Assembly (NCBI GenBank): GCA_002269645.1
Contig: NIVC01002444.1
Location: 109,151-173,150, forward strand
Length of the DNA stretch: 64,000 nucleotides
Direction: 5' to 3'
Source: Macrostomum lignano
Lineage: Eukaryota
The notes under the pieces were generated by a model. It had not been told where the DNA came from, did not search any database, and worked only from the letters and a program-made list of their open reading frames with translations. Below are positions 13,184 through 22,461 of this stretch, in pieces. The translations under genes and the position numbers were made by a program. Position 1 is the first letter of the stretch, and every line of letters begins with the position of its first letter.

Positions 13184-13629
13184 GCCCGCAGACGAATTGC
13201 CCGCCGAGATTTGCCTGCAGGAGATTTGCCCGCCGAGATTTGCCCGCAGTGCAATTTGTGAATTGCCCGCGAGTTAATTGCCTGCCGAGTTTTTCCCGCC
13301 GAGGTTTATTGCCCGCAATGCTCTTTTCCTGCAGCGCATTTGGCAGGTAGATTCTGTCTGCATCCCCCCCCCCGCCCCCCAAAAAATATGCCATTTGATG
13401 CAGTTACTATCGAAACGTTTTGATCGTGTAAATCTTTGTATTAAGACTTACTAACCATTGGGGTGGCATGATGCAGACAAATCTGCCTCGTGGCGGGCAA
13501 ATCACCACGGGCAATTTGCTCACGGACAAAATGCACTGCGGGCAAATCTCGGCGGGAAAAGCTCGGCGGGCTAATCTCGACGGGCAAATCTCCTGCGGGC
13601 AAATCTCGGCGGGCAATTTGTCTGCGGGC
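13184..13629. mobile_element. Foldback-like non-autonomous element with internally repetitive inverted arms
   Basis: Left GCCCGCAGACGAATTGCCCGCCGAGATTTGCCTGCAGGAGATTTGCCCG matches the reverse complement of the right end with 2 mismatches. Arms are built from TTGCCCG sub-repeats. Confidence 0.75.
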
Positions 13630-14345
13630 CGCATTCTCGTGCTCCCCACTCTGTCTGCCTTAATTTAAACAAACTCTTTTTCGGTCAATGTCTAGTTAAC
13701 TTATTTTATTTACATTTGGTTGTTTGTTTTCAGTTTAGTACTGTAACTGTTTTAAAACCGATTTTAAAATTAAAGCAAAAAATAAGAAGAACTGCTTATT
13801 ATAGGATTTTTTCCTTATTTTGTGTATTTGTTAATTCTTCAGAAATTCCCATCACGATATCTGTACATCAAATTATATAGAGTGATAGTGTCGTTTAATT
13901 TACTATCCGCAACTTATTAGAGTTCATTACATCTTTAACAACCAATCGGCGCAATATAAATTTCAACTCTTGATTTACGAGACTACATGTACTTGTAGAA
14001 TTGTACTTTGTCATATACATGTACTTGTACTTGGATTCAATTTATTGAATTGAATAATCACCAATTTACACGTAGCTATATTTTTTTCTTCTGAAATGCT
14101 ATAAAGCGAAGTTTTCGAATACTTTTCTCAAATACCTTGAAAATTATAATTAGCTCTGCCAAATAAGTCGCTGATCAAAGCACTGCACTTGGAGCTACAT
14201 ATTCTGGCAAATGAAAAAGGCATCCTTACTTACTGGTTAGTATGTACAGTAAGTGCGAGAATGCACGCGATTTTGGTGCAAAAAAACACACAACTGCAAT
14301 TACACCTCTTAGAAATAATGAAACTATACCGGTATTCTGCAGGTT

Positions 14346-15782
14346 CTAGAGCTCGGACCTAACGCCCTCAAACTTGTTAGGCCGTTTCTCGGCGTAGAAT
14401 TTCTCAGCTGCGCGAACAAACGCGCGCACCTCCGAGTTCATTAAGTCGGGCAGTTCGAAAGCGGCAAAGTGACCGCCGTAGTCGAAATCAGCGTAGTGCA
14501 ACAAGTTCGGATTGGTGACCCGGACGAAGCGTTCAGGAACACGGGAGAGCTCGTGGGCCAGGCAAGTCACTCCATACGGCACGTCGGATGGCATTGATTG
14601 ATAAGCTGAGGTAGCTTCCATGTCGCTGCCGAACGACTCCTTGTAAAGCCGCATGGACGAAGTGATGCTGCCAGTGGTCCAGTAGATCATTACATTAGTC
14701 AGAAGCTCGTTCAGGCTGAATGTCGCCTTCAAGCCGACTAGGTTGCCATTTTCGGCAAAAAGATTCTCTGGCAAAGTCCACACGCTGAATTTTTCAATGA
14801 TGTAGGCAGCCAGGCCCACTGGTGAGTCTGACAGGGCGTGGCCTACTGAGTCTGGTCGAGTCGAGTGTAGATGCATGTGCCCCGACTCTCGAATCGTGTT
14901 GCCGAAATTCTCCAGGTAAGGGAAGAGCTTGCCACAGTCCAGCCTGCTGAACAGGACACCTTCTGGCAGGAATGATCCCAGAATCGTCTGGATCATTATC
15001 GACGGCTGACGAACGGGCTGAACAGGCATATTTGTATGAAAGCCGAGCACTCGCTCCGGAAACAATCGAGGCATCACGTGACCGATGACGCTGCCGAAAT
15101 CACCGGCTTGGATGTAATACTGGCGATACCCGAGCCTGACCATCAGCTTGTCGAACACTCGAGCACAGGCAGCGGCACTGAAGCCTCGCTTCTTCGCCGC
15201 TTCGGACCACCCGTATCCCGGAATCGAGGGAGCTACAACTTCGAACGCCAACCCGTCCGTATCTGGAGTCGTCAGCAGTGGAATCAGCTTGTAAAACTCG
15301 AACACTGACCCGGGCCAACCGTGCAAAATCAACAGAGGCACTCGCTTCTTCACCCCCTGCTTCGACGGTTTCAGGTGCATAAAGTGCACTTTTAGTCCTT
15401 CGATCCGAGTGAAATAGTTCGGAAAACTGTTCAGGCGATCCTCCCAGACTCGCCAGTTGTATTTGTTGAGCCAGTGAGACACCAGCTGCTTCATGAAGGC
15501 GCCGTTGAAGCCATACTCGAAGCCGGAGTTCTCGACCGGCTCCACAAACTTGAACGCTTTCAAGCGCGACCTTAAATCGTCGAGTGTTGCATTGCTGACA
15601 GACAGTCTTGTGGCTTCCACCGCTTCGCCGTCGCTGCTTGAGTCGCTCGAGGCACCCCAGTTGAGCGTGGCTGGCAGGGCCGGCTTATCCGGAGCTGCGA
15701 GATTGTCCAGGCAGCCGAGGCCCGCAAGAAGCACGAATGCCAGACAGGCAGTGCAGGCCAGTGGGAGCAGAGTGTTGCACAT
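14346..15782 (-). CDS. EPHX1: Microsomal epoxide hydrolase-like, copy A (478 aa, variant active site)
   Basis: N-terminal hydrophobic anchor, HGWPGS, nucleophile elbow AGDFG, RLYKE, HEL and GGHFAAFE. Intronless ORF. Confidence 0.93.
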   Translation of the reverse strand: MCNTLLPLACTACLAFVLLAGLGCLDNLAAPDKPALPATLNWGASSDSSSDGEAVEATRLSVSNATLDDLRSRLKAFKFVEPVENSGFEYGFNGAFMKQLVSHWLNKYNWRVWEDRLNSFPNYFTRIEGLKVHFMHLKPSKQGVKKRVPLLILHGWPGSVFEFYKLIPLLTTPDTDGLAFEVVAPSIPGYGWSEAAKKRGFSAAACARVFDKLMVRLGYRQYYIQAGDFGSVIGHVMPRLFPERVLGFHTNMPVQPVRQPSIMIQTILGSFLPEGVLFSRLDCGKLFPYLENFGNTIRESGHMHLHSTRPDSVGHALSDSPVGLAAYIIEKFSVWTLPENLFAENGNLVGLKATFSLNELLTNVMIYWTTGSITSSMRLYKESFGSDMEATSAYQSMPSDVPYGVTCLAHELSRVPERFVRVTNPNLLHYADFDYGGHFAAFELPDLMNSEVRAFVRAAEKFYAEKRPNKFEGVRSEL

Positions 15783-17275
15783 TTTTACTCCAATGTCTCC
15801 AAAAGCGTTTCTCTGACTGAGGTTTTAAATGGAAGATTTTCGTATACAGCCTTCGTTCGTGCATTTGCATCAAACCCCCTCAACACAATTACGAGTACGA
15901 GGGTGCAGGCATGAAATCGGGGTGGGCAGATTGCCTTAGTCTGGATAGTACTGTACTTTGCTCTAGTTGTCGGCTTGTGCAGTCTAGCCTTCTATCCTTT
16001 CCTGTTCCTATTTTACAGGGGTTTTGGGAACGTGCGAGTACTTTTTAAACTCATGCTTAAAGCCAACTATCTGCCTCTTGTACGTGCGACTATCCACTGC
16101 CCAAGGCCCCTCCCAAGTTACTGTGTGCCAATAGTAGTGCTTTCGCTCAATCGAGTAAAACATCAGGATGCACTTAGCAATTGCGCAAAACTTCATTGCA
16201 TTTAGAGTCGCGGCGCATTGAGTTTTTGTGTCGTTTTTTCGTGTACTTTCTGAAACACACACATCACAATACGTTGTATATTATTGTGCAGTGAAGTAAC
16301 ACCGGTGCTATTTTACAAGTATACGTATATAAAGGAGTAAGAAGAAATTGCAGCAATGCAGGGTGAGTACACTTCTAGCGCACACAATAACTGTAAGATA
16401 GTACAGTGAGATAGCCAACCAAAAAGTAAAGCTCAGGGCCAAGTTGAGCTGTTATCTATCACTAAACAGAAAACTCTACTCACAAAAAGCAACACGCCCT
16501 ATTTTAATCAGCCAAAACAGCGATTGAAGAAAGAGTTAAACAGAAAATCTTCCATTTAAAACCTCGGTCAGAGAAACGCTTTTGGAGACATTGGAGTAAA
16601 AATGTGCAACACTCTGCTCCCACTGGCCTGCACTGCCTGTCTGGCATTCGTGCTTCTTGCGGGCCTCGGCTGCCTGGACAATCTCGCAGCTCCGGATAAG
16701 CCGGCCCTGCCAGCCACGCTCAACTGGGGTGCCTCGAGCGACTCAAGCAGCGACGGCGAAGCGGTGGAAGCCACAAGACTGTCTGTCAGCAATGCAACAC
16801 TCGACGATTTAAGGTCGCGCTTGAAAGCGTTCAAGTTTGTGGAGCCGGTCGAGAACTCCGGCTTCGAGTATGGCTTCAACGGCGCCTTCATGAAGCAGCT
16901 GGTGTCTCACTGGCTCAACAAATACAACTGGCGAGTCTGGGAGGATCGCCTGAACAGTTTTCCGAACTATTTCACTCGGATCGAAGGACTAAAAGTGCAC
17001 TTTATGCACCTGAAACCGTCGAAGCAGGGGGTGAAGAAGCGAGTGCCTCTGTTGATTTTGCACGGTTGGCCCGGGTCAGTGTTCGAGTTTTACAAGCTGA
17101 TTCCACTGCTGACGACTCCAGATACGGACGGGTTGGCGTTCGAAGTTGTAGCTCCCTCGATTCCGGGATACGGGTGGTCCGAAGCGGCGAAGAAGCGAGG
17201 CTTCAGTGCCGCTGCCTGTGCTCGAGTGTTCGACAAGCTGATGGTCAGGCTCGGGTATCGCCAGTATTACATCCA
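15109..17275. repeat. Palindrome: 733-bp arms (15109-15841, 16543-17275) around a 701-bp spacer
   Basis: The first ~225 aa of both proteins are identical and antisense shadow ORFs translate identically. One visible mismatch lies in the 5' UTR (CCTCAGTC vs CCTCGGTC). Confidence 0.92.
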
Positions 17276-18032
17276 GGGTGGCGACTGGGGAGCCGGCATT
17301 GGTCACATAATAACAAGAGAGTTTCCGGAGCGAGTGCTCGGCTTCCATACCAATATGCCGATGCAGCCATTCCGACAGCCATCAGTGATCGTACAGATGA
17401 TCGCCGGATCGTTCTTACCTGACGGTATCCTGTTTAGCAAGAAGGACGGACAAAAAATATTTCCCTACTTTGAAAAGCTGAGCGACATCATCCGTGAGAG
17501 CGGGTACATGCACATTCAAGCCACTCGGCCGGACACCATCGGGCACGCCTTGTCGGACTCGCCAGTGGGTTTGGCTGCCTACATTCTTGAGAAGTTTAGC
17601 GTTTGGACAGATCCGCAAAATAGGCTTTCCCAGACTGGCAACCTTATCGGCCCGAAGGCGGCCTTCAGCCTGGACGAGCTGCTGACCAATGTAATGATCT
17701 ACTGGACCACTGGCAGCATCACTTCGTCCGTGCGGCTGTACAAGGAAGTTTTTAGTGAGAATAGGGAAACTACGATGGCCTACTTCTCCATCCCGTCAGA
17801 TGTTCCGCACGGAGTCGCAAGCTTCTCTAACGAGCTTTCTCGGGTGCCCGAACGCATCGTACGAGTTACCCATCCCAACCTGCTACACTACGCTGACTTC
17901 GATCACGGCGGTCACTTTGCCGCTTTTGAACTGCCTGACTTGATGAACTCAGAGGTGCGCGCGTTCGTTCGCGCAGCTGAGGACTTCCACGCCAAGAAAC
18001 GGTCGCCACTGGGTGAAGGCAAAGAGCTTTGA
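16602..18032 (+). CDS. EPHX1: Microsomal epoxide hydrolase, copy B (476 aa, canonical active site)
   Basis: HGWPGS, GGDWG, ESGYMHIQ, RLYKE, NEL and GGHFAAFE all present as in the EPHX1/JHEH family. Confidence 0.95.
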   Translation: MCNTLLPLACTACLAFVLLAGLGCLDNLAAPDKPALPATLNWGASSDSSSDGEAVEATRLSVSNATLDDLRSRLKAFKFVEPVENSGFEYGFNGAFMKQLVSHWLNKYNWRVWEDRLNSFPNYFTRIEGLKVHFMHLKPSKQGVKKRVPLLILHGWPGSVFEFYKLIPLLTTPDTDGLAFEVVAPSIPGYGWSEAAKKRGFSAAACARVFDKLMVRLGYRQYYIQGGDWGAGIGHIITREFPERVLGFHTNMPMQPFRQPSVIVQMIAGSFLPDGILFSKKDGQKIFPYFEKLSDIIRESGYMHIQATRPDTIGHALSDSPVGLAAYILEKFSVWTDPQNRLSQTGNLIGPKAAFSLDELLTNVMIYWTTGSITSSVRLYKEVFSENRETTMAYFSIPSDVPHGVASFSNELSRVPERIVRVTHPNLLHYADFDHGGHFAAFELPDLMNSEVRAFVRAAEDFHAKKRSPLGEGKEL

Positions 18033-18966
18033 AAGAAATACCTACACTGACTTACATGTAACTGATAGACTTCGAAAGTGACATTAGGTCATTTATATTT
18101 CTATACAAACTAACAGTTTCAATTAGCTCGCTCGTATTTAGATTGGTATTCTTAACCAGTTTCCTCACAATTAGTCAGTTAAACAAAATTTCATAATATA
18201 TATCAAAGTCTGGACCTCCACCTATCACTTCAATCCTTTACATTATTTATTGATTTTCGCTAAAGTCACCATGCCTAGAATGAATGTCGAGGAATTTTTT
18301 GAATAATTTATTTCTGAAGTTACTTCTATAATGAGTAACAAATATTTATTCGATTGATTTGTTGTGATAATCAAATTTGGAAAAGAAAGCAGTAAAGAAA
18401 AATGAAAATCGTACATTTTCACAAAATATTCGAATCAGAAACAGAATCTGAGTTAAACATACCAAGTAAATTTATACGCTTGGATAGAAAGTACGTCATA
18501 GCTAAATGAAGGTCAGAAATGAGACGGTTTGATAAGGGTTGAAAAGCGGTTAAACAAAAAACACATGCAAGTTTTGCCATCTTATCTAGCAGTATTGTAA
18601 ATCATGCATACGCTCGTATCTTTCTCTGAGAGCTTCTTTTCTGTTTTAGCATCCCGTTATTTAACTTGAAAAACACAATATATTACTACCAAAACCCTTG
18701 AAGCCATCAGCAGAACCCTTGACGACAGCAGACATTGTTGTCAGTTGTCCAAATGTCTGCGAATAAACATGGCATGCGCTTATTTAGAGGCTTATTATAT
18801 GCGATGTTACCAGTGTCAAGGAACGCATGGTTACAAGAAGTCCCAATGAAATAATGGTGCAATAAGGGAAACGAACTATTATTTGGTCAATGATTAAATA
18901 AACCAGAGAAAGAAGTTTTAACGTTAATGCAACAAAACAAAAAACCTAAAGCAGCCGAGCTACATT

Positions 18967-21900
18967 TTAGTAAATCCCTGTAGGCCGCAGCGAGGGTCTG
19001 GGGCCTTTTGCGTCTGCCAGGAGGATCGTCAGCGCGTCCAACAGCTCTTCTCGGCTCAGCCGGTTCGCAGAGGAGCTGGATGTCCTAGTGCCGCTAGCCT
19101 CGTGACCAACATCCTCGCCCACCATTAGGCCTAAGCGGGTCCTGTCGTTGCGCAATCCGATAGCCTGGTTGATTAGGTAGTGCACCAACACATCCGGATC
19201 GAACAGGTCCATCTTGACCCGCACCGGGCTGCTCGGTGCCCAACGGCCGAGGCCGGTGACGAGAAGTTCGCGCAATACGTCCAAAATGTTGAGCGGTGGT
19301 GATAGGGCTGAGTAGTTCTCGTACTCGTTGACGAAGGCGAACCTCTCGAACTGCCACAGAGCTCGACTGTTACTATCGATCTCGTCAATTGTCTTGGAAA
19401 AGAGCGCAACAATGAGGCTTAAAAGCAAAATGGTGGTGATGATTATGTAAATCGGTAGCAGGATGTAGGGCACGACGAATACAGCATCCGGGTGCGGACA
19501 GTTGAGGCTTGTGTTTTGGCGAGCTTCAAACACCTGGGCGCATTCGCTTCCAGTCATCTGGTCTAGGTGGTACTCGCCAAACATACTGTAGAAGCAAATA
19601 TGAAGCACATGCCTGACGACTTCAGACATGCTGAGTTGGTTTGGGTTGTAGGCAAAGAAACCGTTCGGATGCATTAAAGACGTCATGAAGATGCCAAATC
19701 CAAACAGATAGATGAATAGGATGTATAGAAATGGCAGCAGGTCTTTGATGATCATAGTAGACATCATGGTGAGCTTCGGGCCAAAGTAGGCATTCACGCG
19801 TGCAATGTTGAGCAGCTTCACCCACATGAGAAGACAGGCCAGCCCGTAAAAGAAACGGGCACAGAACCATACATGATTCTCAAATAGTTCGGTAAACGTC
19901 TCCGGGGTCTCCTCCCGCAAGGCCATTGTAAGACGAAGGATGAAGGCAGTAATCATGAAGAGGCACGCAAAGCCGTCAACTATGTTCCATTTGTTTGAAC
20001 CATACTCGTGGAAGCTGTCGTGCCAAAGCGACAGACCGAGCTCTCGCAGCTCCTCGATGATGAAGCCTAACGCGATTATGTAAGCACAAACCTCCAGTGG
20101 TGAAATTGTCCAGTTGAAGTCAATCAACACAGTGTAGGACATAATTAGAATCAGCGTCACGTGACTCATTGTAAAGTAGCGAAACTTAACACTCGGGATG
20201 TGGTAGAAGCAGTACAGCAGGCCGATGAATATTTGTAGCTTCGCTTTCACAGACTTCCTCGAGCCAAATATTCGCTCTCCGCTAAAGTCGTTGTCAAACA
20301 TGGTCGTCGCCGGTCCCGTATCTTCATGCAAGGCGAAGCTCTCGTTGCTTCCCATGCTGCCCTGAATGGTTGCATCATTCTGCTTCTGCTTCTGTTTCAG
20401 CTGCGGCTGCTGTTGTTCAACCCGTGAAGAAGCGCGGCCACCGTCATAAGCGTACAAGAGAATCGCCAAGAGAGGATTCATTGGGATGATGCCCATGATG
20501 ACTGCGAATTCCCGCAGCCAAGGGTTCATATTGCAAAGAAAGCGCTGCCAGGTGATGTCCATGGCCTTCTGACAGACGTCCAAACGAAGAAAGGAGTCGC
20601 ACTGACAGTTAGCCGCTAGATGAATGCAGCTCAAATTTCCGAATTCCGGCATGCTCTGCAATAGGTATTGGTAGGTCACCCACTTGTCCTCACTCATATC
20701 AACTTGAACTGCCTTGGTGAGTGCATCACAGGCAACGCGTTCACACTGGTCGGCAAGGTCAGTAACGGCAGGCAGCTGCAAGGCATCAATTTCCAAGACA
20801 GTGTTGAGCTTCCTAAGAATTCCGGCGGACAAAACGCAAAGAGGAACGATTTCGAACTGCGTCTTTCGCAGGAAAGCAAGGGTCAGATTGAACCTGCCAG
20901 TAAGAATGCTCCAAACAGCTAGCGTCTCGACTGGATTGTTTATTTGCAGCGTATCTTTTCCAGACTCTCGAACGTCATCACCGGCTGATGGGGGGCTCAT
21001 GCCAATGCATTTGGCCACCCGCTGGTTGAGCTTGCGAAGATTAAATGCCTGCCGCTTACCTCCTATCGTACCTGTGCCCGAATCCATAAAACAGGTGTAA
21101 AACTGCTTGCTTATAATGCTGGCATCCCTGTTGGTGTTGTTATAAAGAGTAGAAATGTGGTCTTCAAGAAACCCGCTCACTCTGTCCCAGAGAACGCCAC
21201 ATTTCATTACATCATTAAGTGCAGAAATATCCTCACGAAACAGGATGTACTTGGTTGTGAAGATTGCAATTGTGTCGATGATCTCACGATTTTCCGAGTA
21301 TCTGTGAATCGCGTTGGTCTTCAGGGCAGCCATCAGAATAGTTTGGAACTCGATCACATCCTGTAGGTTCTCCTCATCAAGATCCAGCAACTCGTCGACT
21401 AGCTTCATCTCTTCAGCTGGGTCTCCGACTGTGTTGTAGTAGCAACGACGGCTCTCCGAGTCGATGAGCTGCAGCAAGCACAGGAATTCCTGAAAGCCGC
21501 GGCTCCTGTAGAGATCCTGCGGCTTGGTCACCTTAGTGTCAGAAGACACGCGATCGGTAAAATGGCGAATCAGCTCGCGCAGCGTGCCGCGATTCTTGTT
21601 GCTCATCATGACGTCGATTGCGGTACGGCCGTCCGTAGTTTCCCGATCGACTGTAGCACCATGGTCTAGCAGCAGCTTCATTAGCGTGATGTTCTGATTG
21701 GCAACTGCAATGTGCAATGGCGTCTTGCCGTCAGCATCCTGAGCATTTATGAGTTCTGGCGCTGCTCCCAGCACGAGACCTGCGTGTTCTTGTAGGTCGT
21801 TTATGCAGGCTCGGTGCAGTGGTGTCAGCTGGGCCTGATCAACCAGGCTGGCATCGGCGCCGTGGCTTAATAGTAGCTCAAGGAGCACAGTGGAGCTGTC

Positions 21901-22461
21901 AGAGCACGCTTTGTGCAGCAAATAGTCCCCGGTGGGTAGTGCAACGTTTGGATTGGCGCCCTGCTCGAGTAGGAAAGCCACTGTTCCGGCCACATCGGGT
22001 CCTGATAGCGCATAGTGTATCGGTATGAAGCCGGCCGTGTTGGGTCGATTAATCTCAGCCCCTTGATCTAGGGCAATCTCTAGCAGTTTGATCTTGCTTA
22101 GAGCAGCTGCAACGTCGCTTAGACGCATGGCTTCATGCAGTTCCAAGTCGATTACCTTGGGATTGGCAAAACGTTTCAATGCCTCGATGTCATCGTCCAT
22201 GATAGCTTGATACAGCAGTTCGGCTATGTTAGGTTGGGTCTCTACAGGTTGGATCACGGCATCGGAGTCCGCCCTCTCAGTTTCTGGCTCCCTGTCGTCT
22301 GCTTCTGGCCTGTCTTCCGTCACCTGGGGCGCGGTGGAATCGCGACGCTTTGTGGTTAGTCGGGTGCCGAAAAATCGCAGGTTGCCGAAGCCCAACTTTT
22401 TATTCGTCTTCTTTTTCGAGCCGAAGAAGCCCTTGTCTTGAGACTCCGGTGGCGACGACAT
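18967..22461 (-). CDS. TRPM-like cation channel with N-terminal canonical ankyrin repeats (1164 aa from first ATG)
   Basis: About 6-7 ANK repeats (e.g. GKTPLHIAVANQNITLMKLLLDHGA), an MHR4-like block (LAVWSILTGRFNL; FGNLSCIHLAANC), 6 TM segments, GPKLTMMSTMIIKD, pore YSMFGEY and TRP box WQFER..EY..PP. The ORF-track GTG at 22500 straddles an acceptor-like TTTCTTTGACCATCTAG. Confidence 0.88.
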   Translation of the reverse strand: MSSPPESQDKGFFGSKKKTNKKLGFGNLRFFGTRLTTKRRDSTAPQVTEDRPEADDREPETERADSDAVIQPVETQPNIAELLYQAIMDDDIEALKRFANPKVIDLELHEAMRLSDVAAALSKIKLLEIALDQGAEINRPNTAGFIPIHYALSGPDVAGTVAFLLEQGANPNVALPTGDYLLHKACSDSSTVLLELLLSHGADASLVDQAQLTPLHRACINDLQEHAGLVLGAAPELINAQDADGKTPLHIAVANQNITLMKLLLDHGATVDRETTDGRTAIDVMMSNKNRGTLRELIRHFTDRVSSDTKVTKPQDLYRSRGFQEFLCLLQLIDSESRRCYYNTVGDPAEEMKLVDELLDLDEENLQDVIEFQTILMAALKTNAIHRYSENREIIDTIAIFTTKYILFREDISALNDVMKCGVLWDRVSGFLEDHISTLYNNTNRDASIISKQFYTCFMDSGTGTIGGKRQAFNLRKLNQRVAKCIGMSPPSAGDDVRESGKDTLQINNPVETLAVWSILTGRFNLTLAFLRKTQFEIVPLCVLSAGILRKLNTVLEIDALQLPAVTDLADQCERVACDALTKAVQVDMSEDKWVTYQYLLQSMPEFGNLSCIHLAANCQCDSFLRLDVCQKAMDITWQRFLCNMNPWLREFAVIMGIIPMNPLLAILLYAYDGGRASSRVEQQQPQLKQKQKQNDATIQGSMGSNESFALHEDTGPATTMFDNDFSGERIFGSRKSVKAKLQIFIGLLYCFYHIPSVKFRYFTMSHVTLILIMSYTVLIDFNWTISPLEVCAYIIALGFIIEELRELGLSLWHDSFHEYGSNKWNIVDGFACLFMITAFILRLTMALREETPETFTELFENHVWFCARFFYGLACLLMWVKLLNIARVNAYFGPKLTMMSTMIIKDLLPFLYILFIYLFGFGIFMTSLMHPNGFFAYNPNQLSMSEVVRHVLHICFYSMFGEYHLDQMTGSECAQVFEARQNTSLNCPHPDAVFVVPYILLPIYIIITTILLLSLIVALFSKTIDEIDSNSRALWQFERFAFVNEYENYSALSPPLNILDVLRELLVTGLGRWAPSSPVRVKMDLFDPDVLVHYLINQAIGLRNDRTRLGLMVGEDVGHEASGTRTSSSSANRLSREELLDALTILLADAKGPRPSLRPTGIY

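Noticed and set aside
15493-16891. Identical 107-aa ORFs on opposite strands (MKAPLKPYSK...)
   Set aside because: They are antisense shadows of the identical epoxide hydrolase arms.
14346-18032. Epoxide hydrolase pair as a foldback-read assembly artefact
   Set aside because: The outer halves are divergent intact ORFs with synonymous differences and the spacer is unique. Collapse of the 5' halves alone is not fully excluded.
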